Source: Tetramitus jugosus
Taxonomy: Eukaryota > Protista > Heterolobosea
Length of the DNA stretch: 64,000 bases
Reading direction: 5' to 3'
Assembly (NCBI GenBank): GCA_937625935.1
Contig: OW569372.1
Location: 62,001-126,000 of the forward strand
Positions 31,556 through 42,034 of the stretch are shown one piece after another. Each line of letters begins with the position of its first letter. Position 1 is the first letter of the stretch. The notes below the pieces were generated by a model, which saw only the letters and a program-made list of their open reading frames with translations, had not been told where the DNA came from and did no database searches. The position numbers and the translations under genes were made by a program.

Positions 31556-34500
31556 TTATTGGTATTCACTTGCTGGGATAGCCATTGGCAATTCAGAAGG
31601 AGAGAGTGCTGGAGCAATCGCAAGATTCTGGATGCTCTTCCATGGTACGACTGAGAACAGAATTGTGTCTGAAGAGTCGGCACAGGCAGAGGAAGCCAAT
31701 GGATACTTGTCCGTGGCACTCAAGAATCCAGTTGAAGACACAGTTTGAGACTTTGGCTTGTTGGAACTGTCTAATGTTGCACTTCCCAGACACAGTGTGT
31801 TATCATAATAAATCTTTGTGGTGCTCGTTGTGTAACCAACTGAGAATGGAATCCATTTCAAGAAACTAGCAGTCTTTCCGCCAGCGGCCATATCAGCAGC
31901 GGTACCGGTAACTTGTGGTAGAGCATCAATAGCAATGCTGCTGACAACAGCACTATTTCTTCTGAGGTATTGCTTTCTTTGCAAGTTCCATAGAGAAATA
32001 GTTGTTGTGTCATAGATAATATCATCTCCATAGTTGCCCGAAGGACAAACAACTTGCCAGATGGCAGTTCTGTTTGTTCCAGCAACATTACCCTTGGTGT
32101 AGTCACTGACCAATCTTTCACTTGGTGAAGTATAGTTAAAGTATGAGAAGTATACAGCACTAGTCTGACTTCGCAACATAACAAAGTCACCACACTTCAA
32201 ATTCTCAGGTTCATTTGGCTCGGCAACGACCAACGAGTTGGCATTGGAAGAAATGTCAATCATGTTACATGTTTGATCCGAGACAGTTTGATAGAGCGAA
32301 GTCAATTGATCCCAGGACACATAGAAGCTTCTGGTAGGATCATAAGACATGTCCTTCAACAATTGCTGAGCAGTAGGATTACTCAATGCTTGACCAATAC
32401 CGACTGGAATAATTCTCCAGTAACCGTTTGGTGTATTTCCATAGGCGTCTGGTCTTCTCGAGTTGATATCTGTTGTCAAAGGAATAATGTCCGAGCATGG
32501 ATTACATCTCAACGCGTAGTTCTTGTTGATGTCACAGGCATTACAAGTTCTGAATGGGAATCTTGTAGACTTGCATTGATTTTCTCTGGTAACACTGGTG
32601 CTATATGCTGGAGTGTAGGAGGTTGCAGATGCATATCTGGATCTACAGCTGGAACAACTGCAAGGACCATTAGGTTCTCCGTCGAACATTGTCAGAATAA
32701 CCTTGTTGATAACTGATGGTCTTCCTTGTGTATTCAACATGTATTCTGCAAGTCTCAGACCATCGAGAATTGGTGTACCTCCTGCTGGATAGGCTAGATT
32801 CTGAATGGCATTGAGAGTTGCCGATTTGCTGTTGGTCATAGACAACATGTTCTCAATGTAGGTTCCAAATCTAACAATACCAAATCTGGCTTTCATTGTG
32901 TTAGGACTGGTTGAATCTTCAGCAAACTGGAAGTTACTGACAAGTTGGTAGGCAAAATCAATCATCTTCTTCCAATTGGCTTCACCAACTGAACCAGAAC
33001 CGTCAAATACAAGCACGATATCAGCAGGCACAGTACAGATGCAGTTGGTATATTGAACATTCAGAATGGCGTAACCCCAGATACTAGGATCGGTTGTTGA
33101 TCTCACCTTGAACTTGAATCTATCAATCTGACATTGGACACTCTTTTGGGTAAAGTCATATGATTGACCATTTTCTCTTGGAGTAGCTGCTGCTCTACAG
33201 AAACCTGCTGTTGCACAGGTATCTGTATCAGTGATCCAACTATCGAATACATAGGATCCACCCAATGGATCAGAGACTGCTGAAAGGATTTGAGGCCTGG
33301 ATAGAGTAAAGACTGTGTCTTGATCAACGACAGAGATAGTCTGATCAGGAGTACTGAGAGGGCCAGTAGTGACGACTAGAGTGATCTTAACAGTCGTAGT
33401 CAATCTATTTCCAGTATTCACATCAGCGTCTTGAATTACGACATAGAAGTAGCATGATGAGCTGGAGAAGGAGTAGCTTCTCACCAATTGAATTTGGTTG
33501 GAAACAACACTCAATGTACCAACAGAAGAATCACAAGTAGTAGGTGTAACTTGACTGATTGTGAGTCTAGTACTGTCATAGGTATCATCATCGGTTGCAC
33601 CAGAAGCTGTAAGAACATCAAAAGTAGCAACATTAGAATCTCTTCTAGCAAATAGATTCCAAGTACTGTCAGCTGCTCGAGGGCTTCTATTGACGACTCT
33701 GATTGTCAAGGTGGCTGTGGTACTAACCGCTCCAAAGGAATCTGTTGCTGTATAGGTAAGGGTCAAGTCCTCAGAACGATCTTGTCCTGCGTCGTATCGT
33801 AGGGTAGTTGAGCTGACAACGCTGGAAGTTCCTCTGACTGGAGCACTGACAATTGAGAGAGTCATTGAGTGTCCGTTTGCATCAGAGCAGAGGGACGACA
33901 CTCCTTCAGACCAAGTTTGGCCCTTATTGATCATAATAGTTTTTGATGTACAGGCTGGAGCCACATTTGTCAAGCTCACCACAACAGTGGCCACATTCGA
34001 CAATAGTTGACCATCACTCAATTGATAGGTGAAGGTCTTTGTCTTGACTTGGTCGTTGTCTACAGTAATAATAACGTCGGAACCACTAACAGTTGCACCT
34101 TGGACATTCACCAAAGAGAGAGAGTCTCCATCGACATCAGAACCTCCAGTGAAGAAGTTCTTAATAGTGTATGTCTTTTGACCACCGACAGAAGGGACAG
34201 AAATAGATTGATCGGCAGCAGTTGGACGAGTGTTCGTAACAGTAATAGAGACCTTTCCGGTTGCTGTCAGGAATCCATCAGAGCAAGTATATGTCCAGGA
34301 AGAAACAAAGGACTTGCTATCTCCAGCCTGGGTGTATGGAAGTTGCAATGCGGGAGTATATTTGATTGATGTTCCAGGTGTCACCAGTGAAAGAGTACCT
34401 TGAATTGTTGCCTGAGCTTGAGAATTGGTATTCAGTTGAGACACGCTAGATGGAGCAACATTGTTAATGAGAGAGATAAACTCATCATCATCTGAATCGC

Positions 34501-37500
34501 TACACAAGTTCAATAGATTAACTGTGACAGGGTTTGCATTCCATTTCATGGAGAGATTAGCGTCAGTTGCGACTGGAGCAGCATCAGTGAATGTAACAGA
34601 AATTGTTTGTTGAGCTGACTTTGCAAGCTTATCTGTAGCCTTGTAAGTAACTGCGAAGGTTGTTGTCAAGTCTGATGGAGTTAATACCTTCGAGAATTGA
34701 ATGGAAGAACCCACGATAGTGGCATAAGGGCTGACTACATCGACAGGAACTAGATTTGGCTTGTCCTGATCATCACTATCATTCATGCGGCCTGTGAGAG
34801 AAATATTGAACTTTGGTTCATTCCATCTCTTTGTAACAGAGAAGGAATCTGCAGTTGGCGCGTTATTAAATACATTGATCGTCAAGTTTCCAATTGAAAC
34901 AGCAGCGCCATCAGAAACAAAGTACTGAACCTGATTACCAGAAGTTGCAGTATTAAGAGTTGGAATATACTTGACTGATGTGCTTGTTGGTCTTGACACA
35001 GTTCCAGAGGTTCCTGAAGCTAACTTTGCATCAGTTACGGTGAGGGTATCACTCTCGGCATCAGTGGCTCCCTGAAGTACATTATCGAATGTGACACCAG
35101 CAGGTGATTGAGTCCAGTGAATAGTGCGCTCAAAGTTTGACACGACTGGTGCAGTATTCGTCAAGGTGATTGTGATAGTTTGGATGCTAGTTGCAACTCC
35201 ATCGGTAACTCCATAGTTGATGATAATTGGTCGGAGACTTCCTGCAACTGGAACGACAACGATACCTTGCTTATCGCCAGTCAGAGAGATGGCAGTAGAA
35301 TCTTGAATTGTTCCAGAGAAAGAGTTAACAACCGTTAAGAGATTTGAATCAGCGAAATCATTATCAATTGCTTTCAAAGCATCACTTCTGTTAACGATAG
35401 GAATTGTCAGGGTTCTACTATGATAGCTAGATATTGGAATAGCGCTGACGATAGGAGCAGAATTGGTAACCACAACTGTGAATTGTTGATAAACAACAGG
35501 AGCCCAGCTATCGGTGAAGCCAACTTGGAACGTAGTGGTTCCGACAAAGTTTGTTGCCTGATTGAATTGAACACTCAAAGTACCAGCTACAATTGAAATC
35601 GAGCCAGAAGCAGCGACAGCGGACACCAACTTCAATGGATCAGTATCAGAAAGATATGGAGTAAGATCCAAAGTTCCGGTGGTTGTTCTCCAGTGTCTGC
35701 TGAATGTGTTAGTAACACCGGTTGGAGCCGTGTTAGTGATAGTGACTTGAATAGTACCAGTGACCACCACAATGCTGTCTGTCACAGAATAAACGAAAGA
35801 GGCTGTGCCGGTGAACCCATCTTGTGGTTTGTACTTGATAGATCCTCCGTTGAATGTAACTGTATGTCCTGCAGGCAGGCCAGATACGGAATTGACCAAT
35901 GTGATTGGATCGGCATCAGCGTCGACAACAGTAGAAACAACATCAATCACAATTCCGTCGGTAGGTACATCGGACCACTTACTACTTCTTTGAATTGTTT
36001 GAGTAACAGGGGCTGTGTTTGTGACTGTAACAGTGGCTACTGCATTGGTGGAAGAGGCTCCATCAGTAACACTGTAAGTAACAGAATCCTTTCCAACAAA
36101 CTTTGCAACAGGCGTGTATGTCAAGCTCTTCTTGTCGTTAGAAATAGTCACAGTGGCTCCAGCAGTCGACTTCACTGAAGAAATAGTAAGGTAGTCTCTG
36201 TCAGCAACATCAGCATCGCTGTCATTGTCCAAGACAGACAAACTAACGAGGGTGTCTCTCCATTTAATAGAGTACGCATCATCTACAGCACTTGGGGCAG
36301 TGTTAATAGCAGTCAACTCCACAGTTTGAGAGACTTGTCCATTACTAGCTCCATCAGTGACAGTGTACCCAAATGGAATTTTTGTATTCACCGTGTATGG
36401 ACTGTTCAATTTGACAGAAGCCCAGAATCCACTTTGAGTGATAACACAAGCAGAGGCGGGAGTCGAACCAGAAACAGATAGAACTGTAATCGAATCTAAC
36501 GCATCACTGTCGAAGTCTACAGATGAAGAACCAGACGATCCGGTAAATGAACCGTTGAGCACATTGATGGACCATGAACCATCAATCAGAGATCTCCAAT
36601 GAGTACTCACAGTCTTCTTAAATGTTGTTGGAGGATTGTTAGTAATAATGAAGTCAACAGCACCTTGAGTGTGGGATACCTCATCACTGACAATAAAAGT
36701 GAATCCCTGTCCAGAGCCAACGAATGAACCATCAGTTGGAGTGAAGGTTACGGTTCCTCCGTTACGAGACACTGTACCTGCAGAGGTTGACTTAACAGAT
36801 GCAGATGCAAGTGAAATAGGGTCTGAGTTAGCATCTTGTGCTCCATCCATCACATCCGTAGTGTATCCATTCTTGATCTCTAGTCTATGAACAGGCAATA
36901 ATCGGGAGACTACTGTTGGATTTGTGTTTGTAACCTCGACTGCGACTGTGATTGTGGACTTTGAACCACTTGGACCGTCTTGATATTCAACTTTGAAAGA
37001 GTCTGTTCCAATAAAACCGGAATTCTGAATGTACGAAACCGATTTCAAATCGATAAACTCGACTGTACCATTGGATGGATTAATCATAAGTGGTGATACT
37101 AACTGCAAGGTATCACTTTGAGGCAAGTTCAGATAAGAAATTAATCCCAAGGTTTTAGGAGAATTTGGTTGTGTATCTCTCCAGTGATAGGTATAATATT
37201 GATCAGAGCTTGATGTTGAGATACTAGCTACAGTTACGTTGATCATAGCACGAGTGCTTACCAACTCATCAGTGATGTAATAGTAGAAAATATCATTTCC
37301 GGTAAAGCTGCTTGCTGGCTTATAGAAAATGCTCATACGAGAAGTGCTTGGATTTGCTTGTTTAACAACCGTAGCACCTGCGCTCACACTATCAAACTGG
37401 TCTCCAATAGCCAAATAACTTCTATCCAACACATCTGCGTCCGATGCTTTGCTCAACACATCAAAGTAATATCCATTTGAAAGTTGAGACCAATGCATAT

Positions 37501-40500
37501 TCAATGAGAAGCCAGCAGCACTTGGAGCCGTATTACTAACAGTGATACTGATTGTGTTGGTGCTACTTTCGATTCCATCACTCAATTTGTAGGTAATCAC
37601 TCCAGATCCTACCTTCCAAGAAGTACTAGGGGCAGACACCAACAACTTCAAAGATCCCGAAGCGACATCGGTTTCAATCTTAAAGTTAGTAGGGTTGGAC
37701 ACAATAGAAACTGTCAGATCATCGTTGTCTTGATCCTTCAAAGTTGGAGAAACAGTGTAAGACACTGTTGTAAACTCACGCCAATGGTAGGATGCTGTGA
37801 TAGGAGAAGTTGAAGGCTTGTTATTGTTTGTCACACTCACAGTTAGGAATGCACTGCTTGCTGATACCTCTGCATCCTTGATGTTGTATGATACTTTGAA
37901 TGTACCAAGTGATGAAGAAGATACAGGCTGAGCGATGGTGTATGTGATGAGTGATGGGTTCACACCGTCAATAACGGCAGATCCTTTGGATGGTTGAGCT
38001 GTGATGCTATTCAAAGTAAATGGATCAACATCATCATCGTAATCATTGATCAACACATTGTAAGATATAGTGGATAATCTCCAATGCATTGTGACTGCGT
38101 CATCCACAGGGACAGGCTTATTGTTTTGGAGAGTAACTGTTGCGGTTTGAGTTGCAAAGTCATATCCATCAGTGATTGTAAAGTTGAATTTGTCTGTACC
38201 AACAAAGTTTGTGCCAGGCACGAACCTAACCTTGCCAGACTCTACGCTAATCTGAGAAGAGGTTGGAGAGATCTTAGTAAGTGAGGAAATAGTTAGCGAA
38301 TCTTGAGAATCTGCATCTGTGCATCCATTCAAAACATCCAACAATAGTCCACTTGGCAATCTCCAATGTGAAGTAAATGGTTGGGAAACTGCTTTTGGTT
38401 TGTTGTTGACAACTGTCATGTTCCAGGTTGCAGATGATGATTGCCATCCATCTGAGAAAGAGCAGACAATTTTACCAACACCAACGCTTGGTTTGGTTTG
38501 GGTAAAGAGAACACCACCAGAGGAAACAACAGCATTTCCGTTTGTAGCTGACACAACAGAGAGGTTGACAATAGTATCAGAATCAGCATCAGTAATTTGA
38601 GACAAGGCATCCACAAACACGCCCTGAACGGTTGTTGACCAGTGAGTAACTGTAGCTTGAGGTGAAGCAAGAGGTACACTGTTTCTCACAGTAATTGTAT
38701 AGGAAACGGTGACATCTTGAATTCCATCAGTGAATGTCACAGGAGTACTAATAGTTCCAACGAATCCTTGAACGGGAGTGAATGTCAAAGAAGAACCAGA
38801 CTTTGAGATAGTTCCCTTTCCGGCGAAGTTAGTTGTACCAATAGATTTCAATGAGACATTATCAGGCAAATCAACGTCATTTGCAGTTGCTTTTTCGATT
38901 GCATCAACGGTCATGCTTGGTACAAATGCTCGCCAAGTGGCATTAGTAGCAAAACTAGATGCAGTAGGGACAGTGTTGTAAACAACAAACTTAACTTGGA
39001 CATCGGCTGAGGCAGGACCATCAGACACAGTGTATGTGAAAGAATCAGAGCCCAAGAAGTTGTTGTTCTGGAGATAACGAATTCTAACACCATCTGCATC
39101 TGTCTCAACAGTTGCGGTTCCGTTAGTAGGTTTTTTCACAGTGATAGTAAGGGAATCACCATCAGAATCGACAGGGTTTTGAGCAGAGAAAATTGGGATC
39201 ACTGTTCCAACAGATTGGGATGTCCAATGAACACTCTTTTGAATCAGGCCTGATTGTGGAACATTCGGATTCAATGTAATGATAGTAACAGCTGCACTGC
39301 TAGTCTTACTTGGTCCATCTGAAATAAAATAGGTGAATGATTGAGATCCAACAAATGTTGTGTTTGGAGTAAATGACAGTGTTTTCTGATCGGAAGAAAT
39401 CTTGACTGCACCCTTGAACGATGAAGGCAAAGAAATTCGATCAATGGTAAGAGAATCACCATTTGGATCAGAATCATTATCCAAGACAGACAAGGTTGTG
39501 GCACCTCCTCTCCAGTGAACAGAATAGGAATCAGCAACTGCCTTTGGTACAGTGTTTGTTACATTGATGCTGACAACAGTATCCAAAGAGTCCTTGTTAC
39601 CATCAGTAGCTCTGTAAGTGAAAGTGGTCAAACCAGTGAACACATTAGCTGGTGTGTATCGAATCTTGTTGTCTTCAATAACTACTGAGCCAGATGATGG
39701 TTGGGTAAGAGATGTTGCATTAATTGTCAATGCGTCATCATCGATATCTTTGTCATTGCTCAACACATCGATTAATAAGCTAAATCTCCAGTGGGTAGTT
39801 GCAGAATCCTTAGTAGATACAGGTGCATTGTTGTTGACTGTGATACGAACAATAGCAAATTGAGCAGAATTATCAATACCATCGGTAACTCTATAAGTGA
39901 ATAGATCACTTCCAACGTATCCTTTTGTTGGGGTGTAGGAGAACGAAGTGCCATCATTGGTAATGGAACCATGAGAAGGTTGAGTGAAATCAGAAATCTT
40001 AAGTACATCACCTGGATTAGCATCGACATCGTTCTGGATGACATTGATCGACACCACTCTATTCCACAAAAGAGAAACAACATCGTCATTTGCAATTGGA
40101 ATGTTGTTCACCTGGGTGATAGTAATATCAGAACTGGCACGAGCACCATCAACGTCCTCGATAGTATAAGTCATCTTGACAACGGCAACTTCAGTGCCTG
40201 CAGTATAATTCACTTGGGTGACCCCATTAACAGTAACGATAGAAGCAGAAGCAGTGTTACTATTCTGGATTACACCTAGAGACACTACACGAATAGTGTC
40301 CATGTTTGGATCAGAATCATTGTTGAGAACATTGATCAAAATTGGCAATTTGCGACCAACTGTTACAGCATCTGCAACAGCAATAGGTGCATCATTAGAA
40401 ACAGTTACGCTAACAGTAGCAGTAGCAGTCAAAGCCTTGGAAGAATCCTGTTGAACATCAGTCATCTTGTAAGTAAAAGTGTCGACACCCAAGAATCCTC

Positions 40501-42034
40501 TGGCTGGGCTGTACTTGATCTTCTTTCCTGATTGTTCGACCTTTCCTCCATTACTTGTAGTGAATGTGGTAAAAGGAACAAGATCAAGCTTGTCACCATT
40601 TGGATCGCTATCATTGATCAACACATCAATCAAAGTATTGAGATTCTTTGAGCAGTTAGCAGCATCATTGTTAGCCACTGGTGCAGTGTTGATAATGTTA
40701 ATGTAAACTTGACCGACAGTGGAATCATAGCCATCAGTGACAATGAACTGAACAACATCCTCTTGCACTGTATCGTAAGTTGGAGTGTACAGGATGGTGT
40801 ATTGTGCATTGTCAATGCCGTACCAATTATCACCAAAGAATCTCAATTCATTCTTGCTCTTCTTCTCGAGAGAAACTTGGCCATACTTGGTAACAGCTGG
40901 AACGATACTGACGCTCAAAGTGTCCAAAATATCATCATCTCCAATACCAAGTACAACCTTGTTGCCCTCAGTATTCTTGACTACAGTGACATTCAAATCA
41001 TTGGCAGTTGGTGGAGTGTTGTACATATCCATGGTAACATAAGTTACAGATTCCAATTCTCCATCAGTAACAACAAACTCAATAGAGTCATAGTATGGAT
41101 CAGAGATGGCCAATGGAATGTAGGTAACAGTAGTGTTCAAAGGATAGTTTTCAATTTGAGAAACACCTCTTGAGATACCGAGACTGGCAATACTAATAGG
41201 ATCGTCATTGATATCATAACAGTTTCTGAGCACGTTCAAGTGCAACACAGTGTTCTTTGGAACTCTATAAGAGTCAGGCTTGGCCACAGGTGCATCATTC
41301 TGTACATCAATAAAAATGGTAGCATTTCTTGTAGAGTTTCTATCGGACACAAAGTAAGTAAATTCATCGGCACTTCTCGACTCAACGTTTGGAGTATAGT
41401 ACACGTTGCGTTCATCGAAACTAGTCGTTCCGTGAGTCGCATCAGTAACATTCACAACAAACAGCAAGTCATTGTCCAAATCAGAGATTGACAATCCTTC
41501 TTGAACAACATCAAACACACTGAATTTGTTATTCTTTGAGTTCTTGGACACAGTGAAACGCAAATCAATCAAATCTGGTGGAGTGTTTCTCACATCAACA
41601 AACACAGCTCCAGTACTGGAGAGCTTGTCGTTGCTAATAGTGTAATTGAATGAATCTTCACCGGCATAGTACAGGAACGAGGTATAGAGAATGGACTTGC
41701 CATTGATAATGGAAGCAGAACCGTACTTTGGCTTGGTAATCTTCACAATGGTCAAGTTTCCACTCTTTGGGTCCTTGTCATTAAACAGAGCATTAATAGT
41801 AATAGGGATGGTCTTGTAAGCTGTCACATAGTCATTCTTGACCAGAGGTGGTTGATAGCCAGAACCGAGAGAGATGAGCAACACTGTGGTAAGTGTGGCC
41901 GCGAGCACTGCACAAGTAACGACAACACCTACAATAGTTTGAGCCATGGTGCCCAACTTTAGCAGAGAAATGTTGGCAGCACCTGCATGGTTGACGGCTT
42001 GAGTGCTTGATACAATAATATTGTCGTCAGCCAT
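31556..42034 (-). CDS. Giant 3492-aa surface protein: N-terminal TM anchor, ~30 bacterial-type Ig/cadherin-like (Big_9/tandem-95) repeats, VWA domain, C-terminal beta-trefoil-like domain
   Basis: Single exon. Repeats N.aP.A.dD...vL.ND.D.dgD.L.i...YTP..gF.G.D.FtY.vtDG; VWA with full MIDAS (DGSGS, GGT, MFDG); TM IVGVVVTCAVLAATLTTVLLISL near the N-terminus. Confidence 0.92.
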   Translation of the reverse strand: MADDNIIVSSTQAVNHAGAANISLLKLGTMAQTIVGVVVTCAVLAATLTTVLLISLGSGYQPPLVKNDYVTAYKTIPITINALFNDKDPKSGNLTIVKITKPKYGSASIINGKSILYTSFLYYAGEDSFNYTISNDKLSSTGAVFVDVRNTPPDLIDLRFTVSKNSKNNKFSVFDVVQEGLSISDLDNDLLFVVNVTDATHGTTSFDERNVYYTPNVESRSADEFTYFVSDRNSTRNATIFIDVQNDAPVAKPDSYRVPKNTVLHLNVLRNCYDINDDPISIASLGISRGVSQIENYPLNTTVTYIPLAISDPYYDSIEFVVTDGELESVTYVTMDMYNTPPTANDLNVTVVKNTEGNKVVLGIGDDDILDTLSVSIVPAVTKYGQVSLEKKSKNELRFFGDNWYGIDNAQYTILYTPTYDTVQEDVVQFIVTDGYDSTVGQVYINIINTAPVANNDAANCSKNLNTLIDVLINDSDPNGDKLDLVPFTTFTTSNGGKVEQSGKKIKYSPARGFLGVDTFTYKMTDVQQDSSKALTATATVSVTVSNDAPIAVADAVTVGRKLPILINVLNNDSDPNMDTIRVVSLGVIQNSNTASASIVTVNGVTQVNYTAGTEVAVVKMTYTIEDVDGARASSDITITQVNNIPIANDDVVSLLWNRVVSINVIQNDVDANPGDVLKISDFTQPSHGSITNDGTSFSYTPTKGYVGSDLFTYRVTDGIDNSAQFAIVRITVNNNAPVSTKDSATTHWRFSLLIDVLSNDKDIDDDALTINATSLTQPSSGSVVIEDNKIRYTPANVFTGLTTFTYRATDGNKDSLDTVVSINVTNTVPKAVADSYSVHWRGGATTLSVLDNDSDPNGDSLTIDRISLPSSFKGAVKISSDQKTLSFTPNTTFVGSQSFTYFISDGPSKTSSAAVTIITLNPNVPQSGLIQKSVHWTSQSVGTVIPIFSAQNPVDSDGDSLTITVKKPTNGTATVETDADGVRIRYLQNNNFLGSDSFTYTVSDGPASADVQVKFVVYNTVPTASSFATNATWRAFVPSMTVDAIEKATANDVDLPDNVSLKSIGTTNFAGKGTISKSGSSLTFTPVQGFVGTISTPVTFTDGIQDVTVSYTITVRNSVPLASPQATVTHWSTTVQGVFVDALSQITDADSDTIVNLSVVSATNGNAVVSSGGVLFTQTKPSVGVGKIVCSFSDGWQSSSATWNMTVVNNKPKAVSQPFTSHWRLPSGLLLDVLNGCTDADSQDSLTISSLTKISPTSSQISVESGKVRFVPGTNFVGTDKFNFTITDGYDFATQTATVTLQNNKPVPVDDAVTMHWRLSTISYNVLINDYDDDVDPFTLNSITAQPSKGSAVIDGVNPSLITYTIAQPVSSSSLGTFKVSYNIKDAEVSASSAFLTVSVTNNNKPSTSPITASYHWREFTTVSYTVSPTLKDQDNDDLTVSIVSNPTNFKIETDVASGSLKLLVSAPSTSWKVGSGVITYKLSDGIESSTNTISITVSNTAPSAAGFSLNMHWSQLSNGYYFDVLSKASDADVLDRSYLAIGDQFDSVSAGATVVKQANPSTSRMSIFYKPASSFTGNDIFYYYITDELVSTRAMINVTVASISTSSSDQYYTYHWRDTQPNSPKTLGLISYLNLPQSDTLQLVSPLMINPSNGTVEFIDLKSVSYIQNSGFIGTDSFKVEYQDGPSGSKSTITVAVEVTNTNPTVVSRLLPVHRLEIKNGYTTDVMDGAQDANSDPISLASASVKSTSAGTVSRNGGTVTFTPTDGSFVGSGQGFTFIVSDEVSHTQGAVDFIITNNPPTTFKKTVSTHWRSLIDGSWSINVLNGSFTGSSGSSSVDFDSDALDSITVLSVSGSTPASACVITQSGFWASVKLNSPYTVNTKIPFGYTVTDGASNGQVSQTVELTAINTAPSAVDDAYSIKWRDTLVSLSVLDNDSDADVADRDYLTISSVKSTAGATVTISNDKKSLTYTPVAKFVGKDSVTYSVTDGASSTNAVATVTVTNTAPVTQTIQRSSKWSDVPTDGIVIDVVSTVVDADADPITLVNSVSGLPAGHTVTFNGGSIKYKPQDGFTGTASFVYSVTDSIVVVTGTIQVTITNTAPTGVTNTFSRHWRTTTGTLDLTPYLSDTDPLKLVSAVAASGSISIVAGTLSVQFNQATNFVGTTTFQVGFTDSWAPVVYQQFTVVVTNSAPIVSAIPISSYHSRTLTIPIVNRSDALKAIDNDFADSNLLTVVNSFSGTIQDSTAISLTGDKQGIVVVPVAGSLRPIIINYGVTDGVATSIQTITITLTNTAPVVSNFERTIHWTQSPAGVTFDNVLQGATDAESDTLTVTDAKLASGTSGTVSRPTSTSVKYIPTLNTATSGNQVQYFVSDGAAVSIGNLTINVFNNAPTADSFSVTKRWNEPKFNISLTGRMNDSDDQDKPNLVPVDVVSPYATIVGSSIQFSKVLTPSDLTTTFAVTYKATDKLAKSAQQTISVTFTDAAPVATDANLSMKWNANPVTVNLLNLCSDSDDDEFISLINNVAPSSVSQLNTNSQAQATIQGTLSLVTPGTSIKYTPALQLPYTQAGDSKSFVSSWTYTCSDGFLTATGKVSITVTNTRPTAADQSISVPSVGGQKTYTIKNFFTGGSDVDGDSLSLVNVQGATVSGSDVIITVDNDQVKTKTFTYQLSDGQLLSNVATVVVSLTNVAPACTSKTIMINKGQTWSEGVSSLCSDANGHSMTLSIVSAPVRGTSSVVSSTTLRYDAGQDRSEDLTLTYTATDSFGAVSTTATLTIRVVNRSPRAADSTWNLFARRDSNVATFDVLTASGATDDDTYDSTRLTISQVTPTTCDSSVGTLSVVSNQIQLVRSYSFSSSSCYFYVVIQDADVNTGNRLTTTVKITLVVTTGPLSTPDQTISVVDQDTVFTLSRPQILSAVSDPLGGSYVFDSWITDTDTCATAGFCRAAATPRENGQSYDFTQKSVQCQIDRFKFKVRSTTDPSIWGYAILNVQYTNCICTVPADIVLVFDGSGSVGEANWKKMIDFAYQLVSNFQFAEDSTSPNTMKARFGIVRFGTYIENMLSMTNSKSATLNAIQNLAYPAGGTPILDGLRLAEYMLNTQGRPSVINKVILTMFDGEPNGPCSCSSCRSRYASATSYTPAYSTSVTRENQCKSTRFPFRTCNACDINKNYALRCNPCSDIIPLTTDINSRRPDAYGNTPNGYWRIIPVGIGQALSNPTAQQLLKDMSYDPTRSFYVSWDQLTSLYQTVSDQTCNMIDISSNANSLVVAEPNEPENLKCGDFVMLRSQTSAVYFSYFNYTSPSERLVSDYTKGNVAGTNRTAIWQVVCPSGNYGDDIIYDTTTISLWNLQRKQYLRRNSAVVSSIAIDALPQVTGTAADMAAGGKTASFLKWIPFSVGYTTSTTKIYYDNTLCLGSATLDSSNKPKSQTVSSTGFLSATDKYPLASSACADSSDTILFSVVPWKSIQNLAIAPALSPSELPMAIPASEYQ

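Noticed and set aside
31556-42034. Bacterial contamination or chimeric assembly of the giant gene
   Set aside because: Codon usage and base composition match host genes such as RPS15; there is no Shine-Dalgarno/operon context or T1SS genes; neighbours are intron-containing eukaryotic genes at normal spacing.
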